From an uncultured virus (IMG/VR IMGVR_UViG_3300044643_000328) (lineage: Duplodnaviria > Heunggongvirae > Uroviricota > Caudoviricetes), in IMG/VR virus record IMGVR_UViG_3300044643_000328, positions 1 to 64,000 of that record: a DNA stretch of 64,000 nt. The stretch is one strand, 5' to 3'. The notes beneath the pieces are model-generated. The model had not been told where the DNA came from. It worked only from the letters and a program-made list of their open reading frames with translations, and searched no databases. Below are positions 63,974 to 64,000 of the stretch, piece after piece; within the stretch, counting starts at the first letter, position 1, and each line of letters opens with the position of its first letter. The position numbers were made by a program, and so were the translations under genes.

Positions 63974-64000
63974 GTTATGTTGTTTTTGAATGTTTACCAA

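Noticed and set aside
1..64000. Stop-codon reassignment (TAG/TGA), known in some crAss-like phages
   Set aside because: Giant ORFs are uninterrupted in code 11, coding density is high, and TAA, TAG and TGA all end genes at sensible boundaries.
1..64000. tRNA, rRNA or CRISPR arrays
   Set aside because: Intergenic gaps are short, and I saw no cloverleaf/T-loop pattern or repeat-spacer arrays by eye. tRNAscan-SE would be decisive.
1..64000. Prophage or host chromosomal DNA (given CsgG, DnaA-like and cohesin genes)
   Set aside because: There is no integrase, att site or housekeeping gene. The bacterial-like genes are embedded between phage lysis and MoxR genes, with similar composition and tight coupling.

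Overview
This window is part of a large lytic phage genome, most likely crAss-like (Crassvirales-type) with a Bacteroidota host. It is AT-rich, densely coded in the standard genetic code, lacks Shine-Dalgarno motifs and has TAnnTTTG host-type promoter elements. Layout: (1) 1-34044 (+): virion/ejected-protein genes, including a 3.4-kaa RNA polymerase (RIPNQ...GSDFDVDK) fused to SLOG-like, zincin and Dda/RecD-like helicase domains. (2) 34064-51376 (-): small accessory genes (phosphoesterases, SplB-like radical SAM, dNMP kinase) and the replication module (PolB, PD-(D/E)xK nuclease, HNH, primase, SSB-like, AAA_24, DnaB, DnaA domain-IV protein). (3) 51492-60792 (+): a DUF1566-like protein, lysis genes (holins, spanin-like, GH19 endolysin) and an eight-gene envelope-protein cassette. 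(4) 60782-64000 (-): a vWA + MoxR pair. Three observations stand out. First, the three consecutive giant ejected proteins contain only four cysteines in about 6,400 aa, all at facing termini, which suggests a head-to-tail disulfide chain. Second, a recurring [M/Y/F/W/K]-x-x-G-G motif punctuates small modules in three cargo polyproteins. Third, the phage encodes an outer-membrane cassette (CsgG-like, beta-barrel, cohesin/dockerin, T9SS-CTD-like lipoprotein). All domain calls come from recognising motifs by eye; no database searches were run.
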